From the NCBI GenBank assembly GCA_022605425.2, contig CM061246.1, positions 1,674,001 to 1,738,000 on the forward strand: a DNA stretch of 64,000 bases, written 5' to 3'. Below the pieces are notes generated by a model. That model had not been told where the DNA came from. It did no database searches and saw only the letters and a program-made list of their open reading frames with translations. Every line of letters starts with the position of its first letter. Position 1 is the first letter of the stretch. The position numbers and the translations under genes are program-made. Source of the stretch: Hamiltosporidium tvaerminnensis FI-OER-3-3 (Eukaryota > Fungi > Microsporidia). Of the stretch, positions 61,551 to 64,000 are shown piece after piece.

Positions 61551-62649
61551 GGAAATATTAACTCAGTAATTTTCTCGCCAAGAAAAATTTAATATATGAT
61601 TGAAAAATGTAATGAAAAAAAACAATCAGTATTGTATAACAAGGTCTGAAGTTTTATATATAGGTAATTATATTATTTTAAAAAATTAAAATTCCATAGC
61701 ATATCAACCAAGATTTAATGGCTATGTTGTAATAAACTCCATTAGGAAGCTGAATATTGTATTAGAATTTCAAAGAGCATTCTCTATGCAATTCGGTCGT
61801 GTTTTCATAAATTAATATAAAAAAATAGTTATATATTTTCAGAATTCGCATATAGGACATTTAAAAGCAATCCAAGAACCATGGTAGATTCTATCAATAA
61901 AACATTCAAATTACTGATTAAAAATGACGCTCTTTTGTTTTATTTTGAATAAGAAATCGTTATAAAAGATTATTTATTGCAAAATTGAATTTTTAAGCTA
62001 TAAATTTGACAGAGAGTATTTTGTTTGAGATTTCTTCATGAAATTTTGACTTAAATTGGTCTTGAAATGAAAATACGCGTAAAAAAATATTTCTTATAGG
62101 ACAAACCTTTTTGAAAATATTAAATTTTTTATCGAATAAAAAAAGCCATTTCGAAAATTTAAGAAAAATTATTAGGAAGATCAAAGGTATTATTTATTAA
62201 ATAGCTCGCTCTTTCCCTACAGATAGAACACAATCTAACGATGAATAATGGCTTCGCCAAGTTATAAGTGTTCCAAAGACAATTTTTTTAATTGGTTAGG
62301 TTGTCAGTCTCACGCAAGATGTCAAAGTATACGTGATACAAAAATTTTGATATATTTATTATTCTTTAGTTCTGCTCGGGCTTGAAATAAATTATATGAT
62401 GCCATCCAGTTAAACATATTCTCTGCCTTTTTTTTTCAAATGCAATTATATTTATACTTCAAACTACAAAATTTGATAAAAAAAATGAATTTTACTTAAT
62501 TCGACGTATTGAATCAATAAAAAAGAAATCACTGGGTATAGTTCAGGAAGAGTTTCTTGCGTAGACGAACATACCAAAGAACTATACCACCGGGCTCAAA
62601 ACAATATAAGTCTAAATTTTTAAAAGTTAAAATTAAAAATAGTTTGCTA

Positions 62650-63095
62650 AATCTAATTTAGAAATTTTAGTCGAAGATATTTTATGACAAAAAGAGATGA
62701 AATACTTTTAGAAACGCGCGAAAAATACTTCGCAAAATATATGGCTCGGAAATTATAGACAATGTGCGAAGAATATGAACTAATAAAGAAATTTATGATT
62801 TCAACGTGAATCAAGTTTGGTAATTGAAATAAAAAAAGGAAAATCAAGATGGCTAGAACATTTAATAAGAATGCCTCCAGAGCGAGAGGCAAACCAAATT
62901 AATATTTGTAAATCCAGTGAGAAAAGAACAAAGATTGGACCACGGAAAACATTGATAGATGCTATAGAAAATGATCCGAGTTTGTATAATGTGAGACAGT
63001 TGAAAAAAAAGACGCAAATTAAGAAGAATGGAGAAAAATTGTTAAGAAGCCCGGGATCTTTAAGAGCCGTAGCACCATTTAGTTGTAGTAGATCA
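62650..63095 (+). mobile_element. 5'-truncated RTE LINE 3' fragment
   Basis: LRKIYG, EIKKGKSRWLEHLIRM, GPRKTLIDAIEND; 3' end gaagcccgggatctttaagagccgtagcacc. Confidence 0.8.
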
Positions 63096-63506
63096 TGAGT
63101 ATTGATAAAATAATATAGTACGTACCTAGGATCCAAGCTAAGGTTGTAAGAAAATGTACAAGTAGGCTTTAAATTCCAAAAACCAGAAAGAATACTTTTA
63201 GATGAAAAAGAACACAAAAACAGAATAGTTAATTAAGTCGCTAATATATATTAAATTAGTCTGGTTTCAAACATATATTTTAATTTTATTTTAAAAAAGA
63301 AGAAGAAATATTTTGAGCCAAACATTATAAAATAAAAAAAAATATTTTAACCCAAAATTTCTTAACTTTTTGTATAAATTTTTCAAAATTTCAATAAACT
63401 AGCATTTGAAGCTGATAAATTTGTACCAATTTACATATCAACTTTAAATTTGAAATAATTAATTCAAATTTATTTTTAAATACAAAACATTTTTTATCCC
63501 TTTGTT

Positions 63507-63848
63507 ATGGAATGGAATCGTTTTGAAGATATATTTCACAATGCATATCAAGCTTTAAGTGCAGAACAGATGTATCGATTGTTTAATTTGTATTTAAAGA
63601 ATTCTATAAATCATGACCATTCACTTTTTAAAAGATTTTTGTTTGTTTTAACATATTTAAAATACAATATTTATGACATAATCATGATAGATGTAGAACA
63701 ATTTGTTTTTTATATGTTTTGTTGCTTATTTTTTATTTACCTTGCTTATAGATTTGTTCAAAAACTTTTTAAGTCACTTAATTTGTACTTTTTCAAAGGA
63801 ATTATTGTATTGTTTATTTCTTTGATATTTTTTAGATATATTGTTTAA
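63507..63848 (+). CDS. Small putative membrane protein (113 aa)
   Basis: atccctttgttATG context; two hydrophobic C-terminal segments. Confidence 0.6.
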   Translation: MEWNRFEDIFHNAYQALSAEQMYRLFNLYLKNSINHDHSLFKRFLFVLTYLKYNIYDIIMIDVEQFVFYMFCCLFFIYLAYRFVQKLFKSLNLYFFKGIIVLFISLIFFRYIV

Positions 63849-64000
63849 AATAAAAATATGAATTTTCTAATTTTTTTTTGTTTTATCATTTGTTTTTTAG
63901 ATTTTTAGTTTTTTTATTTTTTTTTTTTTTTTTTTTATCAATAGTATTGGTTTTTAAGATTTTTGTTTTTTTATTCATAGTATTATTTTTTAGATTTTTA

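Noticed and set aside
1-64000. rRNA, tRNA, snRNA genes, spliceosomal introns, alternative genetic code
   Set aside because: None recognised; long genes translate cleanly in the standard code, and the splits are frameshifts rather than in-frame stops.

Overview
Very AT-rich, gene-sparse eukaryotic DNA with no introns seen, most consistent with a large-genome microsporidian (inference from a CCC motif a few nt upstream of most ATGs, very divergent housekeeping genes, and microsporidian-type RLE LINEs). About 10 host genes: a large HECT E3 ligase running off the left edge, ATM/Tel1 kinase, eIF2-alpha, a multi-OB-fold RPA/RADX-like protein, two secreted-looking proteins and several hypothetical proteins. 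Three genes are split at homopolymer runs, probably sequencing indels. The intergenic space is dense with retroelements: five copies or fragments of a restriction-like-endonuclease (RLE) LINE, one full-length decayed RTE LINE with a TSD, several RTE 3' fragments and a Tc1/IS630-like relic. The most interesting signal is ten copies of non-coding, mostly TSD-flanked SINE-like elements. Three are bipartite RTE derivatives (5'UTR fused to 3' tail). Seven share an unrecognised ~45-nt head and occur as a ~225-bp form with a TAAG tail and a ~720-740-bp form. Several are nested inside older LINEs, which shows they were mobile. All alignments were done by eye; boundaries of decayed elements are approximate.
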